A DNA stretch of 64,000 nt. It comes from Candidatus Latescibacterota bacterium (lineage in GTDB: Bacteria; Latescibacterota; UBA2968; UBA8231). Location: the NCBI GenBank assembly GCA_965248265.1, contig CBDFJF010000002.1, forward strand, positions 3,904,001 through 3,968,000, in the 5' to 3' direction. The notes under the pieces were generated by a model. That model was not told the DNA's origin. It saw nothing but the letters and a program-made list of their open reading frames with translations, and did not search any database. Numbering within the stretch: the stretch's first letter is position 1; each line of letters opens with the position of its first letter. The translations under genes and the position numbers were made by a program. Of the stretch, positions 29,950-39,270 are shown one piece after another.

Positions 29950-31998
29950 TTGTGGGCTAGCCTCCATGCTCAGGAGCGTGTCAGCCATGCTCTCAGCCAT
30001 CTGCCGCCTCGCTCACGGGCTTCCCAAGCCATGTTGTGTTATAGTTCTGTTGCTCCAGATGATGCCCTGCTCACCTGGCCCCCCGCGCGCTCGGCCTTGG
30101 CCCCGCTTCTTCCTCTCAGCGCGGGCCTCGTATGCCGGAACAACAGCATGGATCTTGGCCCCACCACCTTCGATGATCCGCACATAAAGACTGCGATCCT
30201 CGGGGCGATACGCGAAGGTGAAGACCTTCCCTTTACTTCCGAGTTGGATCAAGCCCTCTCCACAAACTGGCGAGGATTTGAGAGTTCGACCAAGCCCCTG
30301 GCTGCCCTGCAGAGCATGCTTCGACATGAGGATGTTCCGCGCCTGCTAGAGCATTCCCAAGGACCTCCCCTGAAAGCGTTCCGGGCCTTGTGGCACTCCG
30401 GCCTCTTCCGCAAGGCTCGAGAGCTCGCTCAGGACTCAGAGCTGGGCATCGGGGTGCCTTCCACTCCCACTTCGACCGTGCGTTCTGCTGGGCCACATAT
30501 ATACACTCAGCCTCAGGAGGAAGGATTCGCTGATGCAGAAACCCTGTCGGAGTGGGGAATCTGGGGCATTTCGGCGGAGGCGCTAAGACTCATGAGGGAC
30601 GTGCTCATTCGGGGGTCGCTACCGTGGGTTCTACGATCGAACATACTGCTCACCGGACCCGAAGGCACGGACAAACTGAACGTCGCTCGAGCCCTGCACG
30701 CCCTCAGAAAACGGGGACACTTCGAGATACTCGACTGCCGGTGTATCGAGTCAGACCCAAGCGAGCTGATCCAGGCGTGTGTAGCGGGTGGGACCGTTTT
30801 CCTTAGGGGCCTTGAGTTAGTGCCTGCGCAGTGGGGAGCAGCCGTTTACGAGGCCGTGGCGCCAACGCACAAACTAAGAGGAAAAGAAGCTTCTATTCGT
30901 GAAGACGAAGCGATTCACATCGCTGACACTCTATTCATCGTGGACGTAAGCAATCGATATGCACACGGGGTAGCGGGCGCGCTCTGCCGCCAAGGTCACT
31001 GGGACGAGGTGGGAATGCCGCCCCTCTCGCAGCGTACGGCAGACATTCCACTCCTGGTGAACCAAGCTCTACTGAGACACGGAGTGCCAAGCCCGATAGA
31101 CGAGAGCCGCCATCGTTTCGCCGTTGCGTTGTGGGAGTTCTACGAGGAACATGAGCCACCAGGCGACAGTGCTTGGCTGGAGAGCGAGATAAAACGATGG
31201 CTGGGGTTTCTGGCGCCCGCGACATTGCCGGCACAGAGCGATCCCGTAAGTGAATCCACGGACACACTTATGGACGAACAATCAGAGTGCGTTTTCAGAC
31301 ACGCAGACAACCGATGGGAATTCGTGTTTGAGGGCATGAGACGCGATGTGGCCGTGGCCCTAGATGGATTCCGTTATATACGGTATTTACTGAAAACAGG
31401 GGGCTGGGAAGGGGGAGTGTCGGCTACTGACGTCCGAGCCTGTAAGATCAGCCGCGAGGTGGCGGGCTACGAGGACGAAGCAACGCGCCAAACGGACAGA
31501 GCCATCAGTGAAGGTAAGATGCAGAGTGACAGGACCCAGGTCGCTCGCCATATCACCGGGATGGTGCCCGACGACCCAGAGGACGACTCCTCATTGAGTG
31601 AGGGTGAATTGGATGAGGGTGATAACGACGGGAAAAGGGTAGATCGTGGCGAAATTACGGATCCTCAGACAGTAAATGTCGTCACAAAGGGGATTGCGGA
31701 CATCGAAGAGGAACTAAGGATAGAGGAAATGGATCGAGAGAAGCGAGAACAACTGGAAGAAAAGAGAATCCAGCTCAAACGCTATCTCAGTGAGAGCACT
31801 GGCCTTGGTGGTCATCCGCGCAAATTTTCGGAACAACAGAAGAAAGATCGGGATGCTGTGAGGAATGCGATCGGGCGAGCGAAGAAGCTTCTAGATATGC
31901 ACCATCCGATTCTTGCAGGACACATCCACAGCTACGTGCACTACTCGGGGGGTACCTGGCACTATACGCCCCCCAAGCCCCTCGACTGGCACACCTAA
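29950..31998 (+). CDS. Degenerate sigma54-activator-like AAA domain fused to a C-terminal putative DNA-binding domain
   Basis: ILLTGPEGTDKLNVARALH, GGTVFL, MPPLSQRTADIPLL; C-terminal GLGGHPR...RDAVRNAIGRA...HPILAGHI; the true start may be ~30148. Confidence 0.65.
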   Translation: MWASLHAQERVSHALSHLPPRSRASQAMLCYSSVAPDDALLTWPPARSALAPLLPLSAGLVCRNNSMDLGPTTFDDPHIKTAILGAIREGEDLPFTSELDQALSTNWRGFESSTKPLAALQSMLRHEDVPRLLEHSQGPPLKAFRALWHSGLFRKARELAQDSELGIGVPSTPTSTVRSAGPHIYTQPQEEGFADAETLSEWGIWGISAEALRLMRDVLIRGSLPWVLRSNILLTGPEGTDKLNVARALHALRKRGHFEILDCRCIESDPSELIQACVAGGTVFLRGLELVPAQWGAAVYEAVAPTHKLRGKEASIREDEAIHIADTLFIVDVSNRYAHGVAGALCRQGHWDEVGMPPLSQRTADIPLLVNQALLRHGVPSPIDESRHRFAVALWEFYEEHEPPGDSAWLESEIKRWLGFLAPATLPAQSDPVSESTDTLMDEQSECVFRHADNRWEFVFEGMRRDVAVALDGFRYIRYLLKTGGWEGGVSATDVRACKISREVAGYEDEATRQTDRAISEGKMQSDRTQVARHITGMVPDDPEDDSSLSEGELDEGDNDGKRVDRGEITDPQTVNVVTKGIADIEEELRIEEMDREKREQLEEKRIQLKRYLSESTGLGGHPRKFSEQQKKDRDAVRNAIGRAKKLLDMHHPILAGHIHSYVHYSGGTWHYTPPKPLDWHT

Positions 31999-32050
31999 CC
32001 CCGACCCAACCTCCCCGAACCACAGACTCCGACAGTCGTCTGATCCTGGG

Positions 32051-32093
32051 CGCGACGCCTCACGTAGCGCCCCGCGACGCACCACGTAGCGCC
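32051..32093 (+). repeat. Two 21-bp direct repeats with a 22-bp period
   Basis: CGCGACGCctCACGTAGCGCC / CGCGACGCacCACGTAGCGCC. Confidence 0.8.
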
Positions 32094-32422
32094 TACAAAG
32101 GGAGAGTCGAATGACCCTGGCGACGCGCGAGGTGCTTCTGCTTACCCAAGTGCTGGCAGATCGCACGCGCCGCGAGCCACGTGGTGAATCCAACTACAGA
32201 TGCATTGACGAACGGAGGCTGAGATGGTGAAGGACGGAAGAAACGGTATCGGCATCGATCTGGACAAAGATGATCGGTTCGAGCGATTCGATCGTGGCTT
32301 GGATCACCTGAGATGCCACAGAAGAGATCTTTCATGCGACAGCGCTGTGTTGATCGTCGAGGAGCGCTGTTTCAAAGCTCGAAAATCCCAGCGGTCCGGC
32401 TGTAACAGGTTCAGAGAACCTA

Positions 32423-32929
32423 ATGACTGAACATCACGACACAGACCCCAGCCCGACTTTCACCCCACACTGGGCCGACGACCTTTTCGGCCACATTGAC
32501 GAGGTGTTGGACGTGATAGGGCAAGCTACCCGGGAATGCCCCATCCGGTCAGTGGAACTCGCCAAGAAACTTGACCTCGGCTGGGAGGAAATTTGGGCCA
32601 TCGTGTGTCACTTGCAGTCGGTTGCGGTCCCAGTCCGCAATGACGGTTATGGATTCTGGTTGGGCGAGACGATGGCGGACAACGGTGAATCACTCATGGA
32701 GAGGGATGCACTTCACGCTACAGGAGGAATGGAGGTGGATCAACGGATCGAGAACAGGCACGGCAGGCGGCGGTACGTCAACCACTCGGAGAGCGCAGCC
32801 TACCTGAAGACCACCGAAGGGCGGGTTGTGGCAGCGCCTGCGCCGCGGCGAGCTACCCTACTCAAGCTCGGGAAACGGTCCTCCTGGATCTCAATGAGAT
32901 TGACAATGTGCTCCAACGTCACCGCATAG
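32423..32929 (+). pseudogene. wHTH ORF running into a frameshifted excisionase-like HTH_17 gene
   Basis: PIRSVELAKKLDL...GYGFWL, then RRYVNHSESAAYL + LWQRLRRGELPY + KLGKR + LLDLNEID, which require three indels to join. Confidence 0.55.
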
Positions 32930-32980
32930 AACGGTCGAACGACCGGGGACTTTCACCCACACGAAGATGGAGAATGCAAG

Positions 32981-33577
32981 ATGTCCAAGCAGGAAGCACA
33001 AAAAAGCACAGAAGACAAGGACACGGAGGTAGCTCAGTTCGACCTGAACGCAATTCGCATCAACCCCGAAAACCTGAACGGTGAGGTGGCGCGGAAGCTG
33101 CTCACGACCGTCCCTGTCCAGAAACCAGGCAAGCACGTGTATGTCCGCGTGCACCCAGACCCAACGTATCGGATTGACACGGCTGTCTTCCAGTTCGATA
33201 ACGACCGCGAGTACTACCTAGTTCTGCCAGCAGCGCAGAGCTACTTCCCCACGGATATCCAGTTTGTCACGCTGTACACGGCGATCACCAGGTCTGGGGA
33301 CGTCTTCTTGTGGCCGGTTAGGTTTCCAGATGAGAGTCGCCGTGGCGGCGGTAGGGATTGGCATCAGACCGCCAGGCTCGCCGCCGAGCATGCGCAGTCC
33401 TTCTGGATCAGGGTCCAGGCGAATATGAATGTGGGGCGGTACGACATCCACGAGGCGATCGATCAGCTGGCAGATCCGGTGTGGCCGGACTGCTCTTTCG
33501 AGCGCCTCGTTCAACTTGCATTTAACGACGATCGGATTGTCAACCGTGAGGACCACATGGTCATTCGGATGCTATAA
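32981..33577 (+). CDS. Hypothetical PolA-associated protein
   Basis: LTTVPVQKP...VRVHPD...FLWPV...W...W.RV...P.WPD; lies immediately 5' of the polymerase gene. Confidence 0.75.
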   Translation: MSKQEAQKSTEDKDTEVAQFDLNAIRINPENLNGEVARKLLTTVPVQKPGKHVYVRVHPDPTYRIDTAVFQFDNDREYYLVLPAAQSYFPTDIQFVTLYTAITRSGDVFLWPVRFPDESRRGGGRDWHQTARLAAEHAQSFWIRVQANMNVGRYDIHEAIDQLADPVWPDCSFERLVQLAFNDDRIVNREDHMVIRML

Positions 33578-33590
33578 GGGCGATTGTAGC

Positions 33591-35357
33591 ATGCAGTCGC
33601 ACCTGTCACAGTTCGAGGAAGTCTGGCTGGCAGACTTCGAATTCCAAGCGCCGCCAGGAGGCAAGCAGGTCCCTATCTGTTTGGTGGCGCGCGAGTTCTT
33701 TTCGGGCATGGTGATCAGGATCTGGGAAGACGAGCTACATCGACTCGCCGATGCGCCCTTCCGTACGGATCCACGCTCACTGTTCGTGGCCTACTTCGTC
33801 AGCGCAGAGCTGAGATGTTTTCTGGCGCTGGGATGGAAGGTGCCGACGCGCATTCTCGATCTGTATGCAGAATTTCGTGCCGCCACCAACGGCCGCAGGG
33901 TGCTCCCCGCTGGTAGGGGGCTTTTGGGCGCACTGGTCTACCACGGACTGGACTCTATCGAGGCCAACGAAAAAGATGCAATGCGCGCACTGGCGCTACG
34001 GGGTGGTCCCTGGACGGAATGTGAACGGACCGCACTGCTGGAGTATTGCGAATCAGATGTTTGGTCGCTCGACCGCTTGTTGCAAGCGATGGGGGCCGAG
34101 ATAGACCTCCCGCGGGCGCTCTACCGGGGCCGATACATGGCTGCAGTTGCCCGCATGGAGTCTAATGGGATTCCTATAGATGTGGAGGCGCTTGCCACCC
34201 TCCAGGCAGATTGGGAGAAGATACAAGTTGAATTGATCAGTGAGGTTGACAAGAAGTATGGGGTGTATAGGGGCACATCGTTCAGCCACGCGCGCTTTAA
34301 GGCTTGGCTTGAACGGCAGGGCATTCCCTGGCCCCGGACTGATTCCGGCCGCCTTTCTGTTAGCGATGAGGCGTTCCGGTCAATGGCTCGCGCCTACCCA
34401 GAGATCGCCGCGCTGCGGGAACTGCGGACGACGCTGGGGCAGTTGCGCCTGATGGACCTAGCCATTGGCGTTGACGGTCGAAACCGTGCCCTGCTCTCGC
34501 CCTTCAACACCCGCACCGGTCGCAATTCCCCCAGCACGACCAAGTTCATCTTCGGCCCGGCTGTGTGGCTCCGGTCCTTGATCCGGCCCGAGCCTGGCTT
34601 CGGGCTGGCCTATGTGGATTGGAGCCAACAGGAATTCGCCATCGCGGCGGCTCTATCTGGGGATGAGAACATGCGTGAGGCATACCGCAGTGGAGACCCG
34701 TACCTCAGCTTCGGGAAACAGGCAAGAACCATTCCCTTGGACGCCACGAAGGAGTCCCACAAGGAAGAGCGCAACCTGTGCAAAGCCTGCGTACTGGGCG
34801 TGCAGTACGGCATGGGATCTCGAACGCTGGCGGCATCTCTTGGCCGAGGGGCTAACGGCGTGGGAGTTTCCCGGCTGCAAGCCCACCAGCTGCTCTCTCT
34901 CCATCGTACCACTTACAAGCGGTTCTGGGAGTGGGTCGAAGGTCGGCGGGATGCCGCCATGCTGCACGGACGTCTAGATACGTGCTTCGGCTGGCCGCTC
35001 TTTGTCGGTTCCGATGCCAACCCCCGAGCGCTGATCAACCATCCCATGCAGTCCCATGGTGCTGAGATGATGCGCGTTGCGGCGATCCTGGCGACAGAGA
35101 GGGGGATTCGGATCTGTGCTCCTGTCCATGACGCTTTCCTGATTGAGGCACCGCTGGCGCAATTCGAAGGCGTAACGGCATCCATGAGTCAGGTCATGCG
35201 GGAGGCTGGCAACATTGTCCTCGACGGCTTCGATGTGCGATGTGACGTTGAGCCGGTGCGGCATCCGGAGCGATACCGCGATCCACGAGGTGAAGAGATG
35301 TGGCAGGCAATCTGGCGAATTGTATCACGTCTTCACAGGTCAACTGACCGCACCTGA
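33591..35357 (+). CDS. Family A DNA polymerase (3'-5' exonuclease + polymerase, no 5' nuclease), element-encoded
   Basis: ExoI ADFEF, ExoIII YCESD, TRTGR, motif A VDWSQQE, motif B RNLCKACVLGVQYG, motif C VHDA. Confidence 0.9.
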   Translation: MQSHLSQFEEVWLADFEFQAPPGGKQVPICLVAREFFSGMVIRIWEDELHRLADAPFRTDPRSLFVAYFVSAELRCFLALGWKVPTRILDLYAEFRAATNGRRVLPAGRGLLGALVYHGLDSIEANEKDAMRALALRGGPWTECERTALLEYCESDVWSLDRLLQAMGAEIDLPRALYRGRYMAAVARMESNGIPIDVEALATLQADWEKIQVELISEVDKKYGVYRGTSFSHARFKAWLERQGIPWPRTDSGRLSVSDEAFRSMARAYPEIAALRELRTTLGQLRLMDLAIGVDGRNRALLSPFNTRTGRNSPSTTKFIFGPAVWLRSLIRPEPGFGLAYVDWSQQEFAIAAALSGDENMREAYRSGDPYLSFGKQARTIPLDATKESHKEERNLCKACVLGVQYGMGSRTLAASLGRGANGVGVSRLQAHQLLSLHRTTYKRFWEWVEGRRDAAMLHGRLDTCFGWPLFVGSDANPRALINHPMQSHGAEMMRVAAILATERGIRICAPVHDAFLIEAPLAQFEGVTASMSQVMREAGNIVLDGFDVRCDVEPVRHPERYRDPRGEEMWQAIWRIVSRLHRSTDRT

Positions 35358-35423
35358 TTTGGGGGCGGACCACACCTGGTTCGGTGGCCCCCCATTCTTA
35401 ATACTGAGTCTTGTATGAGGTAA

Positions 35424-35819
35424 GTGAGAATCATGGCACGGATGAACGAGAAAGTGTTAGCAACACGCTGGACCGCGGATATGGCATCCCAGCAACGCGA
35501 ACGGGTTAGGGCCAAAGAGGTCGGCGCAACGGCACGGAGACCGGATACGCCACGCGGGGGATACATCGCCAACACGCCGATTCCGTGGATAACCCAGGCC
35601 GCTGGGACCACCTTGATGGGACTACGGATGGCGCTAGCCCTGCTCCATCTGCGGGGCATGAGAAAGAGAGACTCTTTCATCCTCGCGGTTCCAAAGCAAT
35701 GGGCGACCGTCATGCCCCGCGCCCACCGATACAAAGGACTCAGGGCTCTAGAGAAAGCAGGGTTGGTGCAAGTGGAGCGCAGGATGGGGATGCGCCCAAC
35801 CGTCACGCTATTGATCTGA
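35424..35819 (+). CDS. Small wHTH-like hypothetical protein
   Basis: RYKGLRALEKAGLVQVERRMG.RP.V C-terminal wing. Confidence 0.65.
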   Translation: MRIMARMNEKVLATRWTADMASQQRERVRAKEVGATARRPDTPRGGYIANTPIPWITQAAGTTLMGLRMALALLHLRGMRKRDSFILAVPKQWATVMPRAHRYKGLRALEKAGLVQVERRMGMRPTVTLLI

Positions 35820-35875
35820 GACGACGGGGACGAAATAGGCATCCCGCGCCCTATGCGCAGCTTTGAAGGTGAGAA

Positions 35876-36067
35876 ATGAGAATCCAGGATTGCAGAGTAG
35901 GCCAAGTCGTAAGTATGAAGGACGGCGAGGACTATTTGGTAGGTGACGTCGTCGGGCTCAGCCCCGAGCGCGTTCGCGTCAAATTCAGGAACCGGAAGAA
36001 ACCCAAACCCATCAGTGTTGACCCCCGCCGTATCTGGTCGATGGAGGACCAGCTCAGTCTATTCTGA
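35876..36067 (+). CDS. Small SH3-like hypothetical protein
   Basis: 63 aa, GAAGGTG RBS, VGQVV...GDVV...VRVKF. Confidence 0.55.
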   Translation: MRIQDCRVGQVVSMKDGEDYLVGDVVGLSPERVRVKFRNRKKPKPISVDPRRIWSMEDQLSLF

Positions 36068-36073
36068 CTGTCG

Positions 36074-36295
36074 ATGATAGAGAGTAAACGTGTGAGTGAT
36101 CAACTGATGACATACCAGGAAGCAGCAAACTACTTGGCGGTGGGCAAAAGCACCTTGTACGCGATGGTGTCCCGCGGGGACGTACCCATCGTAGAGTTTG
36201 GCGGCACTGGCAAAGGATGCACGCGTTTCCTTAGAGCGGACTTGGAGGCTTTCGTGCAGTCTCGACGCCACCGTCGCAATCGTCCTATCGTTTAG
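36074..36295 (+). CDS. Excisionase-like HTH_17 protein
   Basis: LMTYQEAANYLAVGKSTLYAMVSRGDVP...RFLRADLEAFV. Confidence 0.88.
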   Translation: MIESKRVSDQLMTYQEAANYLAVGKSTLYAMVSRGDVPIVEFGGTGKGCTRFLRADLEAFVQSRRHRRNRPIV

Positions 36296-36324
36296 GGTAT
36301 AATTAGGGAAAACCGTAAAATAGT

Positions 36325-36361
36325 AATGGGTTACGAGATCACAATTGTCTCGTAACCCATT
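36325..36361. repeat. 14-bp perfect inverted repeat just 3' of tRNA-Thr (terminator or att arm)
   Basis: AATGGGTTACGAGA-N9-TCTCGTAACCCATT. Confidence 0.75.
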
Positions 36362-36369
36362 GTTTTTAT

Positions 36370-36445
<76 letters not shown>

Positions 36446-36523
36446 AAAGCGGCTATATCGTGTGTTTGTCTAGCTTAGATGGCCTCTGAATCGGTGTCAA
36501 GAAAATCCGTTGTCTCGCAATAC

Positions 36524-37078
36524 TCACTCCCGTTCATCGGGAGCTTCTTCTCGTGCGGGAGTGGTTGTCTCAGCCTCAGTGGCTGATCCCGGCATTGGCA
36601 CAGCTTCACCAGAATCCGCGACAGCTCCATCTTCAACTGCAGACTCTATTGCTGGCTCTTCTGCTCCTTCACTTTCCTCATCGCTCGCGGTCACGCCCAC
36701 TTCAGCCTCCCCATCTTCTGTATCATCAGCAGTTGCCATGTTCTCGGTATCAACCCCGGTGCCATTCTCGCCCTCCTCCTCTTCATCCTCATCCGCAAAC
36801 TGCTCAGCGTAAGCCTCCAAATCCCGCTCCATATCCATGAGCCGCTGGGTCGCCTCCGACAACCGGCGCTCCCAAAACTCAAGGGTCCCCTTCGCCGACG
36901 TGCGCGCGAGTTGCACTTTCTTAAGGCGGCCGACAATGTCTCGACGCTCGTAGTCAAGTTTGCCCCAGCTTTTTTTTGCCCGCTGGATGAGATTGGAAGT
37001 CACCAGTTTGCCCGTAATCGCCACCAGTGTCAGGATAGCTGCCGCAAGAACGGCTGTGTCTGCGTGTTCGGGATTCAT
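36524..37078 (-). CDS. Hypothetical membrane-anchored coiled-coil protein with acidic tail
   Basis: N-terminal TM helix, heptad region, E/D-rich C-terminus. Confidence 0.7.
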   Translation of the reverse strand: MNPEHADTAVLAAAILTLVAITGKLVTSNLIQRAKKSWGKLDYERRDIVGRLKKVQLARTSAKGTLEFWERRLSEATQRLMDMERDLEAYAEQFADEDEEEEGENGTGVDTENMATADDTEDGEAEVGVTASDEESEGAEEPAIESAVEDGAVADSGEAVPMPGSATEAETTTPAREEAPDERE

Positions 37079-37214
37079 ACTGGTTGGATCGATCGGGGTT
37101 GATGCGTGGGTGCTGTACGCGTTCGGGGGGTGCCGGTGGTTTCAGTCCAATATAACATAGTCAAGCGAGATTGACCCGTTTGGACCAAGCAGAGCCACCT
37201 CGCGGCCGATCTCC

Positions 37215-37478
37215 TCAGCCGTTGTTCAGGTTCCAGCCCTGGGGCCCGATAACTTCAGCGCGCGCGGCCAGGGCGAGAATCTCTTCCTGAAGAGCGGACG
37301 GCAACTTTTCCATTGGCATGGCCATCGTCGTTTCAGGTAACTCCCCTGGTTCGCAGATCCACTGATCCTGCTGCCGCTTCCAGACCATGCACGAGGGACC
37401 TGCGATGCCCGTGGCGTAGAAGGCTGGCTGCTGGTCTTGTGGAATCTCGGGATCCTCTACCAATACTTGAATTGCCAT
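37215..37478 (-). CDS. Hypothetical protein
   Basis: 87-aa ORF from MAIQVLVED that fills the gap between neighbours. Confidence 0.55.
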   Translation of the reverse strand: MAIQVLVEDPEIPQDQQPAFYATGIAGPSCMVWKRQQDQWICEPGELPETTMAMPMEKLPSALQEEILALAARAEVIGPQGWNLNNG

Positions 37479-37576
37479 GACGGTGAAAATACACCCACCG
37501 CAAAAGGACCTCAAGCCTGGAAAGCTGCTGGCTGCCCGTCTTGTTGGACTTTCGGGTGCGGTCTAATTTTCCATCC

Positions 37577-39262
37577 ATGACTGCAATCGCGGATCAATCA
37601 CGCCTCGGAATCCTCACGCCTCAGCATGAGGCCATCCTGTCCCAACTACAGCAGAATCAGATCGTCCGGCGCATCTGGCAGCGCGACCATACAGTGTGGA
37701 ACCCGGACCCGACCGAGATCGCCAATCGGCTCGGTTGGCTTGACAGTCCGGTTGCCATGCAGAGCCAGGTCGCCGTCATTGACCAGTTTGTTGCGGCGGT
37801 CCGAGCTGAGGGCTATACCCACGCCCTGCTGTTGGGGATGGGCGGATCCAGTCTTGCGCCGGAGGTCTTCCGCAAGGTCTTCGGTGTCCGCTCCGGCTTT
37901 CTCGACCTCGCCGTTCTTGATACGACTGACCCGGCCGCGATTCGTGCCCACGCCGAGCGTTCGGATTATTCCAGGGCTCTGTTCATCCCGGCCACCAAAT
38001 CCGGTGGTACGGTCGAGACCATGTCCCTGCTCAAGTATTTCTACAATCGAACCCGGGACGCCCTCGGCGACGATTCCGTCGGGCAGCATTTCGTCGCCAT
38101 CACGGATCCCGGCAGCGGTCTGGCCGAACTGGCAGCGGATCTCGAATTCCGTCACACCTTTCTCAATGACCCCGATATCGGCGGGCGCTACTCTGCCCTT
38201 TCCTTTTTCGGACTGGTCCCCGCCCATTTGATCGGCGTCGACACATCTCGATTGTTGCAGCGTGCTCGCGTGGTTGCTGACGAATGCCGCGATGATGGTC
38301 TTAACTCCGGGCTTTACCTCGGGGCCGCACTGGCCAGCGGAGCGCTGGCTGGCCGCGACAAGCTGACGTTGCTGGCCGATGGCCCGTTGTCCTCCATCGG
38401 CGCCTGGATCGAACAATTGGTCGCAGAGAGCACGGGCAAGGATGGCAAAGGCATCCTGCCCATTGATGGTGAGCCCATCGCATCAACGGACAACTATGGC
38501 AACGACCGCCTCTTCGCCTACCTGCGCCGCTCCGGCGACCTGGATGACCTCGCAGAGGAACTCGTACGTGTCGGCCACCCGGTCATGCGGCTGGACATTG
38601 ATGACGACGACGACTTCGGCGGCGAGTTCTTCCGCTGGGAGATGGCAACAGCCGTCGCCAGTCATTGCCTTGCCATCAATCCATTCGACCAGCCGAATGT
38701 GGAATCAGCGAAGGTGGTCGCCCGCTCGTTGACGGAAGCCTACGTGCGCGATGGTGAGCTGCCACAGGAAAGCGCCCTGTGGTCTGATGGCGAGCTCTCC
38801 TGTTACGGTGATGTCGTTGGAGATAGTCTCTCAGACATACTTCGAGGGTTGCTTACCGGCGGTGACACATCCCCGTCATACCTGTCCGTCCATGCCTATC
38901 TCACACCCGGCGACCATTTCGATAAGGCCCTGGCTAGCATCCGGGATGCGGCACGTGGAGGGACTCGCCTGCCAACGACGACCGGGTACGGTCCCAGATT
39001 CCTGCACTCGACCGGACAGTTGCACAAAGGGGATGCAGGCAGAGGGTGCTTCCTGCAACTCACTTGCGATGATACCGAAGACGCGCCCATACCGGACAAC
39101 CCCGGAGACAGCGCGTCGGCTATCTCGTTTTCCGTTTTAAAGGCGGCACAGGCTTCTGGTGATTTTCAGGCATTGAAGGCTTCGGGGCGCCGGGTCGTCC
39201 GCGTCCATCTGGGCGCCGACACGCGCTCCGGCCTGGAACGCGTGGCAGCAGCCCTGTCGTAG
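37577..39262 (+). CDS. pgi: Glucose-6-phosphate isomerase (Tal-Pgi type SIS domains)
   Basis: GMGGSSL, KSGGTVET, IGGRYS, QLVAESTGK, NPFDQPNVESAK. Confidence 0.9.
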   Translation: MTAIADQSRLGILTPQHEAILSQLQQNQIVRRIWQRDHTVWNPDPTEIANRLGWLDSPVAMQSQVAVIDQFVAAVRAEGYTHALLLGMGGSSLAPEVFRKVFGVRSGFLDLAVLDTTDPAAIRAHAERSDYSRALFIPATKSGGTVETMSLLKYFYNRTRDALGDDSVGQHFVAITDPGSGLAELAADLEFRHTFLNDPDIGGRYSALSFFGLVPAHLIGVDTSRLLQRARVVADECRDDGLNSGLYLGAALASGALAGRDKLTLLADGPLSSIGAWIEQLVAESTGKDGKGILPIDGEPIASTDNYGNDRLFAYLRRSGDLDDLAEELVRVGHPVMRLDIDDDDDFGGEFFRWEMATAVASHCLAINPFDQPNVESAKVVARSLTEAYVRDGELPQESALWSDGELSCYGDVVGDSLSDILRGLLTGGDTSPSYLSVHAYLTPGDHFDKALASIRDAARGGTRLPTTTGYGPRFLHSTGQLHKGDAGRGCFLQLTCDDTEDAPIPDNPGDSASAISFSVLKAAQASGDFQALKASGRRVVRVHLGADTRSGLERVAAALS

Positions 39263-39270
39263 CAGTACTA

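Larger units (their letters stand above)
22975..36369. mobile_element. Integrative phage-satellite-like element between the selC fragment and tRNA-Thr
   Basis: Tyrosine integrase, serine resolvase, XRE, TerS, PolA, excisionase-like HTH; no capsid, tail or TerL genes; left boundary inferred. Confidence 0.7.

Noticed and set aside
29272-36295. Complete prophage
   Set aside because: No large terminase, portal, capsid, tail or lysis genes
36524-37078. SWGKL as another WGxxK tail
   Set aside because: Internal rather than C-terminal, and it lacks the [VI]K pattern
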